A stretch of 37,494 bases of DNA, from NCBI GenBank assembly GCA_965215885.1, contig CBDCEW010000013.1:1-37494 (forward strand). The letters are read 5' to 3'. The position numbers were made by a program, and so were the translations under genes. Of the stretch, positions 1-10,091 are shown piece by piece. Positions within the stretch are counted from its first letter, which is position 1, and each line of letters starts with the position of its first letter. The notes below the pieces were generated by a model that saw only the letters and a list, made by a program, of their open reading frames with translations, was not told where the DNA came from and ran no database searches. Origin of the DNA: Candidatus Moanibacter sp. GTDB lineage: Bacteria; Verrucomicrobiota; Verrucomicrobiia; Opitutales; UBA2987.

Positions 1-98
1 GGGGCGGGGAGAACGAAATAGAGACCTCTTCAGCTAGCTCGAAATCCCAATATTACTCTTGCCACCACCCCGTCAGAGGTTATGTCCGACGGTTTTTT

Positions 99-190
99 GT
101 GGCAAATCACAGATTCGTTCCCAACGTTTACTATATAACAATCGGGCACTATGAACCGGTCTTGCATGTTGCCAGCGGCGTTTCGGTAAT
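99..190 (+). pseudogene. Possible N-terminal stub of an acetamidase/formamidase-family gene
   Basis: MANHRFVPNVYYITIGHYEPVLHVASG resembles, from recall, the N-terminus of acetamidase/formamidase proteins; similarity stops after about 30 codons where the next gene begins. Confidence 0.3.
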
Positions 191-207
191 TAAGGGTCAA
201 TACTCAG

Positions 208-1133
208 ATGAATACCAAAACTTTACCGAAGCCGCTTCGGGGAATTATTCCGCCGATGGTGACGCCGCTCGAGGACGTCGACCGACTTGATGTGGAAGGG
301 CTTGAGCGGCTCGTGGAACATATTCTCGCCGGAGGTGTGCACGGGCTTTTTATTCTGGGATCTACAGGTGAGGCGCCCAGTTTGAGCTACCGATTGCGAT
401 ATGAACTGATTGAACGGGTTTGCAAACTGGTGGACGGTCGCGTGCCGGTTCTGGTTGGGATTTCGGACACCTCGTTCGTCGAGACGGTCAAGATTGCGCG
501 AAAGGCGTCGGAGCGTGGTGCTTCCGGTCTCGTCTCGACGCCTCCCTATTACTTTTCTGAGGGACAGGCGGAATTGCTGGAATATCTGAGGCATCTTGTG
601 CCGAAACTCCCCTTGCCGCTTTTTTGTACAATATTCCAAGCCATACGAAGGTTTCGTTTGAACCGGAAACAATTCACCGAGCGGCTGAGATTCCGGGTAT
701 AGCCGGAATAAAGGAGAGTTCAGGTGATATGATTCTTTTTCATCGAATTGTTGAACTCATGCGAGATAATGAGGAATTCTCCCTCGTTATTGGGCCTGAA
801 CAACTGCTGGCGGAGGCTATTCTTTCAGGCGCCCATGCAGGGGTAAATGGGGGTGCGAATCTCATTCCCGAACTCTATGTCGAACTCTACAATTCCGCCG
901 TATCTCAGGACATCGGGCGAGCGAAGGAGTTGCATGAGAGAGTGATGCGCATTAGCAATTCTATTTACGAAGTGGGACAGCACCCTTCGAGCTATGTGAA
1001 GGGGCTAAAGTGTGCGCTAAGCTGTTTCGGAATATGCAGCGACTTCATGGCGGAACCATTTCATCGGTTTCGTGAAGAAGAGCGGGCACTGATTCGAAAT
1101 CATCTGGTGGAGCTAGGAATCTGTCGGACTTAG
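208..1133 (+). CDS. Dihydrodipicolinate synthase (DapA/NanA/KDG aldolase) family protein, split by a frameshift at about 620-625
   Basis: ORF 208..702 has [14 protein letters not shown] and PPYY; ORF 624..1133 continues with YNIP and GIKESSG (Schiff-base Lys). One extra T in the T6 run at 620-625 restores LPLFLYNIP. Confidence 0.88.
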
Positions 1134-1210
1134 AATTCTTAACACTCCCATAGTGAGGATTTCATGGAGTCAGATCGACATTCCTACGCAGATGAGGCCG
1201 ACAGATTCCT
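1115..1210. mobile_element. MITE-like element, family A (96 bp)
   Basis: Terminal inverted repeats AGGAATCTGTCGGACTTA (1115-1132) and TGAGGCCGACAGATTCCT (1193-1210), 16/18 match; same end motif recurs at five other loci in the window. Confidence 0.75.
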
Positions 1211-1215
1211 TGTTT

Positions 1216-1301
1216 CTAGTCCCGGCGGGCCGGGATCGGAGTAAAACCGAATAACTCTTCCGAAAGAGGAATAAAGTCCGGTCCCGGCTTGCCGGGACTA
1301 G
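1216..1301. repeat. CTAG-bounded palindromic element, family B (86 bp)
   Basis: CTAGTCCCGGCGGGCCGGGATCGGA ... TCCGGTCCCGGCTTGCCGGGACTAG, 22/25 inverted match; each arm is itself a hairpin. Confidence 0.75.
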
Positions 1302-1353
1302 GATTGGGGGATCGATTAGCGGAGGCGCGATGAAATCTTGAGGTGAGGAAGAT

Positions 1354-1800
1354 ATGGACAGAATCGGAACGAGACTGCACGACCTCATGCTTGTCCCATA
1401 CTATGCCCGGCTCATGTATTCTGTAGAAGGGAAGATCCACGAATTCGACAAGAATGCGCAGGAAGAAGGAATATGCCTCACCGACGCTAACGTGAAGTCA
1501 GCACTGCTTAAGGCGATTGGATTCGCCCGTGGCCAAAACCCCAGTTTCACAACAAAAATAGAAAAGTATAGAGCAATACGAGATCTGATACTTTTGCTGA
1601 AGAGGATTGGAGACACCATAGAAGTCGTTGCCGAGGGTGAGGATGGTGTGAAAATCACAGAAAGAGTAGAGACTTCGGATTGGATTCTCATTCTCAGGGC
1701 GATCGAGGATTCCCTGAAAACAAGACGTCTTATGTATGGCCATTCTCGAGGGTACCTGGATTTCCTTGAGGGTTTTATTAAAGAGGGTAGGACTTTATAA
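1354..1800 (+). CDS. Hypothetical protein (148 aa)
   Basis: Clean ORF with GAGG-type RBS upstream, protein-like helical composition; no family recognised. Confidence 0.7.
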   Translation: MDRIGTRLHDLMLVPYYARLMYSVEGKIHEFDKNAQEEGICLTDANVKSALLKAIGFARGQNPSFTTKIEKYRAIRDLILLLKRIGDTIEVVAEGEDGVKITERVETSDWILILRAIEDSLKTRRLMYGHSRGYLDFLEGFIKEGRTL

Positions 1801-2051
1801 GGATTTCGCGGTAGAGCGATGGATCCTCAATCGTAATCGTCGTGACGAAGATTGGGCAAGGATGATCGATGTGGGGAGAATGAAACAAGTGGGAGAGGAT
1901 AGCAACAGATGCAAGGACGGCAACGGATGATATGCGGTGAGAGGCAGGGCGGCTATGGGAGTTTCTCTTTGACGTAAACTTTGAACAGGCCACCCTGCCC
2001 AACTGCCGTGTCTACGTGGGTACCGAACCAGCTCGAATACCCGCGAGGGAT

Positions 2052-2075
2052 GTAGGAGCGGGTTTATCCCGCGAT
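2052..2075 (+). repeat. GTAG-type REP element
   Basis: GTAGGAGCGGGTTTATCCCGCGAT: GTAG tetranucleotide then hairpin GCGGG-TTTAT-CCCGC; second copy at 24833. Confidence 0.8.
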
Positions 2076-2193
2076 GGTATAAGGTGGCATGGATCGAGGC
2101 TACAGCCTGACGGTCTTCGATGTGACCAATCAGCTTCGATTTGCCGTAGGAATCCAGATCACGCTAAACGGATAGGCAGATCTTCGGTTTTAC

Positions 2194-4491
2194 CTAACCC
2201 GCAGCGACGGATTCACTTTCTCGCTTGGCGGCGAGGGCGGCTACAATGCGATCGGGCCGAATTGGAAGCTCACGAAAGTGTACGCCGGTGGCATTGTAAA
2301 TGGCATTGGTGATGGCGGCGGGAGGGGGGACTATATTGGCTTCGCCTACGCCGCGCACGCCGAAGGGATGATCCGGATTGGGCACTTCTACGATCACAGT
2401 GTCGATCATAGGAAGGTCAAGGGCCGTCGGAATGCGATAGTCAAGGAAGGTTGAATTTTCCATGACGCCCTCGGCGTTGTAGAAATACTCCTCGTTCAAA
2501 GCCCAGCCGATGCCTTGTACTGAACCTCCCTGCATCTGTCCTTCCACATAGCTGGGATGAATCGCCCTACCGGCGTCCTGGATGGCGGTAAAGCGGAGGA
2601 TTTTCACTTTCCCTGTTTCGGGATCGATCTCAACATCGACGACATTGGTGGCGAATGATCCGCCCACACCGAAGCCCAGATTAACGGTTGCCCTTCCGAT
2701 AACGGGACTCTCAGAAGCGCTGACAATAGCGGCCAATTCTTTAAAGTTCAGTTGTTTTGAGGAGTCGCCTTTGTGTTTGAATACGCCGTCATCAAATTCC
2801 ACCTCACCGGTGGTTGTTTCCCAGTGATTAGCGGCACGGTCAATCATCTGGGCCTTCACATCGAGAGCGGCTTCATAGGCTGCCCAACCGGTCGCGTAAG
2901 TGGTGCGGCTGCCACCGGTCACATCAGTGTAGCCAATTTCTTCGGTGTCTCCGACCCTGGGCTTCACATCTTCAACGGCCATACTGAGCACTTCCGCGAA
3001 CTGCATGGCAATAGAGGTGCGGGTGCCACCTATGTCTGTGGACCCCTCCATCAAATTGACCGTTCCATCCTCATTAACGCTGGCTGTCACGCAGGATTTA
3101 AATCCGATATTGAACCAGAAGCCGGTTGCTACACCCCGTCCCCTGTAGGGTCCTTCCAGCGGTGTCTGGTAATGGTCATGATCGCGGCCCGCTTCCATCG
3201 TCTCGGCACAGCCGATGGGCGGATATACGAGCCCGTCAACCCGTCGTGTTCCCTCTCGTGACGCATTTAAGAGGCGGATTTCGAAAGGATCCATTTCCAA
3301 TTTCTCTGCAATCTCGTCCATCATCGTCTCGATGGCAAAAGCTACCTGAGTTGAACCCGGAGCGCGGTAGGGGGCGACTTTCGGTTTATTGACGACAACG
3401 TCGTACCCATTGACAATAGCGTTAGGGATATCGTAACAGGAAAATACGCACATTACCCCACAGAAAATCGGTGAGCCAGGATAGCCGCCGGCTTCGAAAG
3501 CGATGTAGGCATCGCCGGCGACCAGCTTTCCAGTATTGTCAGCTCCCAATTTCAGTCGAATGTAAGTCCCGGGAGTTGGACCCGTGCCTTCAAAAACACC
3601 GGCACGGGTCATAAGAATCTTGACCGGGCTCCCCGTCTTGCGTGAAAGCAAGGCCGCTACCGGCTCCAGGTAGATTGGAATCTTCCCGCCAAATCCGCCT
3701 CCGATTTCCTGTGGCACCACTCGTACCTTGGAAATCGGGTGATCGAGGACAGCAGCGGTTTGCTTTTGCACGACAAACGCTCCTTGCGTGCTCGTCCAGA
3801 CCGTGATTTGTCCATCCGGATTCCATTGGACGGTGGCATTGTGGGGTTCAATATATCCCTGATGGACGGTTGCGGTATTAAATTCGTGCTCGATGACAAT
3901 GTCGGCTTCGGTAAAAGCCTTATCCGGATCGCCTATTTTATGGCGGAGAAGGGCCGCTATGTTGCTTTTTTTGCCGGTGTCCTCCCCTAACTCCGTCGTG
4001 GTTAAATCATCGTGAATTAGTGGAGCATCGGGTTTCATTGCATCGAGGACGTTTACCAGGGGCTGCAAGACTTCGTAATCAACTTCGATGAGGGAGAGTG
4101 CCTCGTCGGCCGTTTGCTGATTTTTGGCCGCCACACCGGCAACGGCGTGCCCTCGATAAAGCACTTTGTCACTGGCCATAATGTTGTCCCGAATGAACTT
4201 CAGGCGGGTTGCACCTTCGCCCAGATCGATCATGTCGTCCGGATTCGTTTGAGGTAGGTCCCTGGCCGAAACCACAGCGCGAACACCATCCAGGGCTTCG
4301 GCTTTGCTGGTATCGATCGACTTGATGCGTGCGTGGGCATGGGGACTCCGCAGGACCTGACCATGAAGCATTCCCGGGAGGCGAACATCGCCGCCGTAAA
4401 TGGCTTTTCCGATGACCTTGTCCGTACCATCGTGCCGGATGGGTCGAGTTCCGATTACTTTATACTTTCCGTTTCCAGAGTTTTTTGACAT
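2194..4491 (-). CDS. Xanthine dehydrogenase/aldehyde oxidase family molybdopterin-binding subunit
   Basis: 765 aa with LRSPHAHARI, HQGYIEPH, GGGFGGK, YRAPG, TGGSR, VEGQMQGG, RGVGE motifs. Confidence 0.93.
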   Translation of the reverse strand: MSKNSGNGKYKVIGTRPIRHDGTDKVIGKAIYGGDVRLPGMLHGQVLRSPHAHARIKSIDTSKAEALDGVRAVVSARDLPQTNPDDMIDLGEGATRLKFIRDNIMASDKVLYRGHAVAGVAAKNQQTADEALSLIEVDYEVLQPLVNVLDAMKPDAPLIHDDLTTTELGEDTGKKSNIAALLRHKIGDPDKAFTEADIVIEHEFNTATVHQGYIEPHNATVQWNPDGQITVWTSTQGAFVVQKQTAAVLDHPISKVRVVPQEIGGGFGGKIPIYLEPVAALLSRKTGSPVKILMTRAGVFEGTGPTPGTYIRLKLGADNTGKLVAGDAYIAFEAGGYPGSPIFCGVMCVFSCYDIPNAIVNGYDVVVNKPKVAPYRAPGSTQVAFAIETMMDEIAEKLEMDPFEIRLLNASREGTRRVDGLVYPPIGCAETMEAGRDHDHYQTPLEGPYRGRGVATGFWFNIGFKSCVTASVNEDGTVNLMEGSTDIGGTRTSIAMQFAEVLSMAVEDVKPRVGDTEEIGYTDVTGGSRTTYATGWAAYEAALDVKAQMIDRAANHWETTTGEVEFDDGVFKHKGDSSKQLNFKELAAIVSASESPVIGRATVNLGFGVGGSFATNVVDVEIDPETGKVKILRFTAIQDAGRAIHPSYVEGQMQGGSVQGIGWALNEEYFYNAEGVMENSTFLDYRIPTALDLPMIDTVIVEVPNPDHPFGVRGVGEANIVPPPAAITNAIYNATGVHFRELPIRPDRIVAALAAKRESESVAAG

Positions 4492-4701
4492 CAGCTTTTT
4501 TTCCTTCTTGTGGATTCTTATATTCTGGCTTTTGAAAGAGGTTTTAGACCTGTATCCTGGATCTCTTGCGGAATTCTCTCAACGTAATTATGAATTGGAG
4601 TAGCAAGAGGTACAAATTTGGCGGTTATTTAGGAAGATTGGATGATCAGTGGCAATTGAAATCGTAAATCACCAACAAATATAAGGGCACAGAAGAAATG
4701 T

Positions 4702-5954
4702 TCAATTGCCCTTTCCCAGAAAAGCCGCTTCTTCTGCTCCGCCCCAACGATCTACGGTAAGAATCTCTTCCGATTTTCGGTGCGGATATACGACTGCCTT
4801 GCCATCCAGGCGGCAGCCCTTAACTTCCTCGATGAGGGCGACGACGTGATCGAGGTCTCCAATCCGTGTGATGTGAGCGCTGGGATCAATCCGTCCATCG
4901 GCCATCAACTCAAGGGCATGGGAGAGATCCCATGGCGTGCCTCCAGACGAGCCCGTTACGACTGTTTCGCGATAATGGATATTATTGCCATCGAGCCTGA
5001 CATTCTCGTTTCCCTTTCTGAGGCCGCCAAAGATATTCAGCAATGTGCCACGACCAGAGAATTTCTGCGCCTCTTCAACAGCATCGGGCGAACCAACCGC
5101 CACGATGATATCGTCGGCCCCTCGAGCGTGCGTGACTTCGCTGACTATGCGTTCGAGATCTGATGAGTTCGGATTCACCAGGAGAAGGGTGATTCCCAGT
5201 TCCTGTGCGCGGGACCGGAACAGTTTTCGTGCCCGCTCGAGTCGTTCGGAAATCAGGTCACTGACGATGATTAGGCGTGGGCGATAGGCAAGGGCGAGGT
5301 CGATATGCATGCGGCCCATTGCGCCGGCCCCGATAATAATCGTAACGCCTCCACATTTGATTCCCTTGGAAGCACGCCGCTTGGCGTGAGGAGTTTTCTG
5401 GAAGATGTGAAGATGGTGTTCCTGAGCACTTACGACGCATGAAAACGGTGCGCTCAAAGCAACGTGGGCATAAGGCAGAGATGAGTCTGGAAGGCTGAGC
5501 AGATTTCCGCCGGCTAGAATCTCTTCACCGATCACAATGTATTCAGCCAGAAAACCGGGAAGAGTATAACCGACCGCGATCGCATCGACTCCATTTGCGC
5601 CGTTTCGGTAGCGTTTCCGATTATGGATCGGTTCGTGATATACCGACGGTTGTATGGCATATCGCTCCCCAAGATGAAATCGACCTTGTAAGGCCTTGCC
5701 GACTTCCACCAGAGTTACCGATCCCTCGTCACCCAGAATGAGAGGAAATCGGCTGACGTCCCATCCGTGAATAAGAGTGTGCTCTCCTCCCTGTTCGATA
5801 ATCTTTACAAGGGAAGTGCAGATGCCGGCTGCGTCGACTCGGGCGAGAAGTTCCTGGGTCCCCGACTGGGAGTCGCAACGTTACGCACACTCACATGCTC
5901 GAAACCAACACCGTCCAGGACGAGTGCGCGCATGGTGGAGGGAATTTTAGACAT
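4702..5954 (-). CDS. Zn-binding medium-chain dehydrogenase (sorbose-1-phosphate reductase/iditol dehydrogenase-like), frameshift near 5856
   Basis: ATG at 5954 gives MSKIPSTMRALVLDGVGFE; after a frameshift the frame continues ELLARVDAAGICTS..FPLILGDEG into ORF 4702..5709 with Rossmann motif GAGAMG and TGSSGG. Confidence 0.8.
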
Positions 5955-6148
5955 TCCGTAAACCTTGTAATACGAAGTGTGTGAGATGTCAGGGCAAAAG
6001 CAATCCCTGGTCTCAAGTCAAAGGAGAAGTATTGAACTGGAGTTGTAATGCCAGGCAGCAATATGACTTGCCCCGAGCGCATGTATAATGTATTGATTTT
6101 GTTTCTTTTGCTCTTCCACGCATTAACCCGCTTAAGAGAGATACCTCT

Positions 6149-6940
6149 ATGATACGAATAAACGGACTGATTTTTTTGACACTGTCGCTGCTGTGCATTT
6201 CGGCAATTTCTACCTATTCAGAAGAACCTCCCTCGGCTGGTGATTCCGATGTGCTCGACAGGATTGAGAGCAATACGGATCGATGGATGGAAACACAGCG
6301 TCGCATTACGGAAGCGAGGAGCAGGTGGAATGAAGAGAGAGAATTGCTGCGGCATAGTGTTTCCGTGCTGGAGCATGAACAGGAATCATTACGCGAAAGA
6401 GTGGAGGGCTATAAATTCGCCGAGTCGCTCTACGAAAATACACGACAAAATGTCTCTGAAGCTCTCAATGAGCACCAGTCTTCCAACGCACAGATCGAAG
6501 CGAATTTGAACCAATTCGAAGGGCGTGTTCGGCAATTGGTGCGTCGATTGCCTTCTCCATTAAGGGAAAGTCTGGAGTCGCAACGGCGAATTCTGGAGAC
6601 GGGCCAAACGTCGAACGACGCCAAGATCAGCAACAGATCGCAGAACCTGATCTCGATACTATCGAAAATTGATCAATTCAGTAATAACCTGACATTGACG
6701 CATAGGGTGCGGACAGCCGACGACGGGGGTGATTTCGATGTTAGAATACTCTATTGGGGATTGGCCTTTGCCTATGCATGCGATGCGCAAGGAGAACGCG
6801 GATGGATCCTGCGTCCCACGGAAGAGGGTTGGGAATGGATGGATCGGCATGATAAATCAGCCGATATCAAGGCGGTTATCGATGTCTACGAGAAGCGACG
6901 CGAGCCGGACCTTATTGCGCTGCCGGCCTATTTGGATTGA
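6149..6940 (+). CDS. DUF3450-family periplasmic coiled-coil protein (TonB2-system TtpB-like)
   Basis: Signal peptide, long coiled coil, C-terminal ILYWGLAFAY..GWEW..LPA pattern; first gene of an exbB-exbB-exbD-tonB-TPR operon. Confidence 0.8.
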   Translation: MIRINGLIFLTLSLLCISAISTYSEEPPSAGDSDVLDRIESNTDRWMETQRRITEARSRWNEERELLRHSVSVLEHEQESLRERVEGYKFAESLYENTRQNVSEALNEHQSSNAQIEANLNQFEGRVRQLVRRLPSPLRESLESQRRILETGQTSNDAKISNRSQNLISILSKIDQFSNNLTLTHRVRTADDGGDFDVRILYWGLAFAYACDAQGERGWILRPTEEGWEWMDRHDKSADIKAVIDVYEKRREPDLIALPAYLD

Positions 6941-6962
6941 TCGTATTTATGGAGTGGAGACT

Positions 6963-8363
6963 ATGAAAATGGAATTGCTGTTTAGAATAATCCTGGTGAT
7001 CGCGGTGCCGGCGATTTGTGTGCGCGGATCCGAGTTGGAGGAGATCAGCACACTCATGAAAAATCAGCTCGATGAGAGCGTGGCGGAGTATGATCGCATA
7101 TGGAAAGAAATCGCGGAAGAGAAAGTACCACTCGTTCGAGAGGTGAACGCACTGGAGATTGAAAACATAAGACTTCGGAAGGAAGTCCAACGCCACCAGT
7201 CTTCAACGCAACGCAGGCAGGAGGAATTAAAGGACCTGAAGAAGGAAGCGGAGGATCTGCGATCGCAGACAGATTACATCCACAGTGTGTTTCATGAGTA
7301 CCTCCAAAATTTCGAAAGCAAGCTCCACATCGCGGAGGATCAGCAGTTCAAGGAATCAATCACTGAAATTCGATCTGCTCTGGGTGTGGAGGAGCTCGGA
7401 TTGGATGGTATCAACGACCAGTACGCGAAAATCCTCAACCTCGGTTTGACTCGCCAGGAATCGTTAGTCGGTGGCTATCGAATTTCAGGCAGATCGATCG
7501 ATTCCGACGGCAATGTCTTGAGTGGTGAAATCGCGGTAATGGGTCCTTCAGCATACTTTTCTTCGGCGTCGGACGATGCCGGGGGTCTGTTGATTTATCA
7601 TTCTGGAACACTGGAACCTGGAATTGCACGCTTTGATCCCGTTCCCGCCGCCAGCGTTCGAAATTTCATCCAAAGCGGACAGGGAGAGATTCCTCTGGAT
7701 GCGTCGCTGGGGAATGCGATTTCCCTACAAGCGATTAATATCACTCTAGCGGAGCATATCCACCAAGGGGGGCCCGTCGGTTACGCGATATTGATTTTGG
7801 GAGGGATTGCACTTCTCTTGAGTCTCGTGAAAGTCATCGATCTGAGCCGGCACGCGGTCGTTACTCCCAATCAGGTTCGAGAAATCGCGCGATGCGCGCG
7901 GTCGGAGAGCAGGGAGGAAGCGATGAAGAAAATTGCTGGTATCAAGGGATCGATCGGCGAAATGATTCAGGTAGGGATCGAGAATGTTCATTCGGGCGCC
8001 GTTTTCCTTGAAGAGATGATGTTGAGTGTGATTGCAAGAAAGCGTCCTCAATTGGAACGGTTCATGCCGTTTGTTTCCATTACGGCAATGGCTGCACCGC
8101 TGATGGGACTCTTGGGAACAGTGGTCGGTATGATCAAGACTTTCGCCCTCATTACCGTCTTCGGAACGGGAGATCCCAAAGCGCTTTCATCCGGCATTTC
8201 AGAAGCGTTGGTCACCACCGAACTGGGATTAATCGTAGCGATTGTCGCGTTGCTTCTTCACGCCGTCTTTGCACGAATAATTAAGAGTCGTTTGGGTTCA
8301 ATGGAGCAGGTGGCGTTCGATTTTGTTCGGAGTGCGACATTCGAAGAGGCCGCGAAACCTTAA
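6963..8363 (+). CDS. Long MotA/TolQ/ExbB proton-channel protein with periplasmic coiled-coil N-terminus (TtpC-like)
   Basis: APLMGLLGTVVGMIKTF and GISEALVTTELGL; ATG at 6963 follows GGAG. Confidence 0.88.
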   Translation: MKMELLFRIILVIAVPAICVRGSELEEISTLMKNQLDESVAEYDRIWKEIAEEKVPLVREVNALEIENIRLRKEVQRHQSSTQRRQEELKDLKKEAEDLRSQTDYIHSVFHEYLQNFESKLHIAEDQQFKESITEIRSALGVEELGLDGINDQYAKILNLGLTRQESLVGGYRISGRSIDSDGNVLSGEIAVMGPSAYFSSASDDAGGLLIYHSGTLEPGIARFDPVPAASVRNFIQSGQGEIPLDASLGNAISLQAINITLAEHIHQGGPVGYAILILGGIALLLSLVKVIDLSRHAVVTPNQVREIARCARSESREEAMKKIAGIKGSIGEMIQVGIENVHSGAVFLEEMMLSVIARKRPQLERFMPFVSITAMAAPLMGLLGTVVGMIKTFALITVFGTGDPKALSSGISEALVTTELGLIVAIVALLLHAVFARIIKSRLGSMEQVAFDFVRSATFEEAAKP

Positions 8364-8364
8364 G

Positions 8365-8940
8365 ATGCACGAGTCAATTCTCCAACATGTCTGGTTTATA
8401 CTGCTGAGCGGCGGTCCGATTATGGTGCCGCTCGGTCTTCTCTCCCTCATTCTCTACAGGGACATCATTGGTCTTTTTCTATTCGTAAAGAACGTGCGGC
8501 TGGAAAAGCTGGTCGGGGAGGAAGAGCAGAATGGTGAAGCCCACCTGGGTGGGTCCTTTTCCTCAGGCGACCGTGAACGAGGAATACAGGGCGCGATTCA
8601 TATCGATGAAATTCGCCTCCGCTTCCACGGGATTGTAGAGAGCCGCCTAAGGTATTCGAACGCCTTGCTGGTAGCGGCGCCTCTTTTAGGGCTGTTGGGA
8701 ACTGTCATGGGGATGTTACATACTTTTCGTGGGCTGACCCTGCAAGCCGGGCAGGAGACGGCCAGCACAGTTGCGGATGGTGTCGCGAGGGCGCTTATTA
8801 CTACCCAGTCGGGTCTCATGATCGCCATCCCGGCACTCTTCGTCATGCAGTGGGTTCGCCGCATATCCCAAAAACGCGAGCTGCAACTTTTGGAACAGAG
8901 AGTTGGATTTCTGAAAGCACAGATAGGAGAGAGGGTATGA
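8365..8940 (+). CDS. exbB: MotA/TolQ/ExbB proton channel protein (short form)
   Basis: [13 protein letters not shown] and [13 protein letters not shown] motifs. Confidence 0.88.
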   Translation: MHESILQHVWFILLSGGPIMVPLGLLSLILYRDIIGLFLFVKNVRLEKLVGEEEQNGEAHLGGSFSSGDRERGIQGAIHIDEIRLRFHGIVESRLRYSNALLVAAPLLGLLGTVMGMLHTFRGLTLQAGQETASTVADGVARALITTQSGLMIAIPALFVMQWVRRISQKRELQLLEQRVGFLKAQIGERV

Positions 8941-9356
8941 TAAGAGACGTAATACGAGATGAGCCGGACGAGTCCGTGGAAATCAATCTGTCCCCTATGA
9001 TCGACTGCATCTTTATTCTGTTGATCTTCTTTATTGTCACGACCGCGTTCGTCCAGGAAATCGGAATAGAGGTAAACAAACCGGAGGCTGCAAGTGCGGT
9101 GCCCCTTGAGAAAGATAGTATTCTCATCGGTATTTCCGCTGACGAGAAGATCTACTGGGGTGGTCAGGAGATCGGGCTTTCGGGGGTGCGGCCCACGGTG
9201 CAGAGGATTCTATTGGCCGAAGACGCCTCCGTAATCATCAAGTCTGACAGGGACGCCAGCCACGGTATCTTTTCCCAAGTGTATGGCGAGGCAAAGGCGG
9301 CCGGCGCCAGACGAATACACTTTTCAACTGAAACCGAGGGTGAACGGAGGTTCTAA
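8937..9356 (+). CDS. exbD: Biopolymer transport protein ExbD
   Basis: [23 protein letters not shown] motif; ATGA overlap with exbB stop. Confidence 0.92.
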   Translation: MIRDVIRDEPDESVEINLSPMIDCIFILLIFFIVTTAFVQEIGIEVNKPEAASAVPLEKDSILIGISADEKIYWGGQEIGLSGVRPTVQRILLAEDASVIIKSDRDASHGIFSQVYGEAKAAGARRIHFSTETEGERRF

Positions 9357-9358
9357 GG

Positions 9359-10069
9359 TTGGCCTTTCTAGATAAGGAATACCATTCCATCAGCGGGTCC
9401 TGGAAGAGCTACGCGGGCTCTCTCGTTCTCACCGGAGTGCTCTTTTTCTCGATCGCCTCGACGCGATTCGGGTTGAGCTTATTCGATCCTGAAACGGAGC
9501 CTGAGTTGAGCCAGTTTTTTCTTCCGCCTCCGCCTTCGACCACTCCGAAACCGCTGACTTTGCCTTCAAAGAGTGCGGAATCAATCGATTTTAAGATTCC
9601 TGAAGAGGAAGAGGATGAGACCGAAGAAGAGCCGGAAGAGAAAATCCATTTGGATTTCCTCGATATCTCCTTCGGAGCCGGAATGAAGCCATCCATTAAC
9701 ATCGATTTCGATTTGCGGGCGAAATTGCGTGCGGTGAAACCGCAAATTCTGGACAAGCTGATTGTCTATGAGCGCGATCAGGTTGATCAAAAACCGGTGA
9801 GAATTTACGCCCCGAGTCCCTCTTTGGACAACGATCTTCGGAAGGACGGAGCGGAATTGGTGGTCCTCTACCGCGTAAAAAAGGATGGAAAAACCGAAGA
9901 CATTCTCGTGCTTGATTCCACGAATGAAAAAGCCAACTCCTATGCGCGCAGAATTATAAAGGGTTCTCGTTTTCGACCGGCGCAAAAAAACGGGGTGGCT
10001 GTAAATGTTTGGGTACAGCACCTTATGATTTTCAAGGAAGATGATTTTGTCAGTCCGTTTTCGTTATAG
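9359..10069 (+). CDS. tonB: Energy transducer TonB
   Basis: N-terminal TM helix, Pro/Glu-rich linker, C-terminal TonB_C pattern (RFRPAQKNGVAV). Confidence 0.82.
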   Translation: MAFLDKEYHSISGSWKSYAGSLVLTGVLFFSIASTRFGLSLFDPETEPELSQFFLPPPPSTTPKPLTLPSKSAESIDFKIPEEEEDETEEEPEEKIHLDFLDISFGAGMKPSINIDFDLRAKLRAVKPQILDKLIVYERDQVDQKPVRIYAPSPSLDNDLRKDGAELVVLYRVKKDGKTEDILVLDSTNEKANSYARRIIKGSRFRPAQKNGVAVNVWVQHLMIFKEDDFVSPFSL

Positions 10070-10091
10070 GTTAATTCAAACAGCATAAGCC

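Noticed and set aside
2194..4491. Aerobic CO dehydrogenase CoxL
   Set aside because: Lacks the AYxCSFR and AYxGAGR signatures; no coxM/coxS adjacent
6729..6962. N-terminal extension of the long ExbB ORF
   Set aside because: Overlaps the DUF3450 gene; ATG 6963 has an RBS and starts a signal-like sequence
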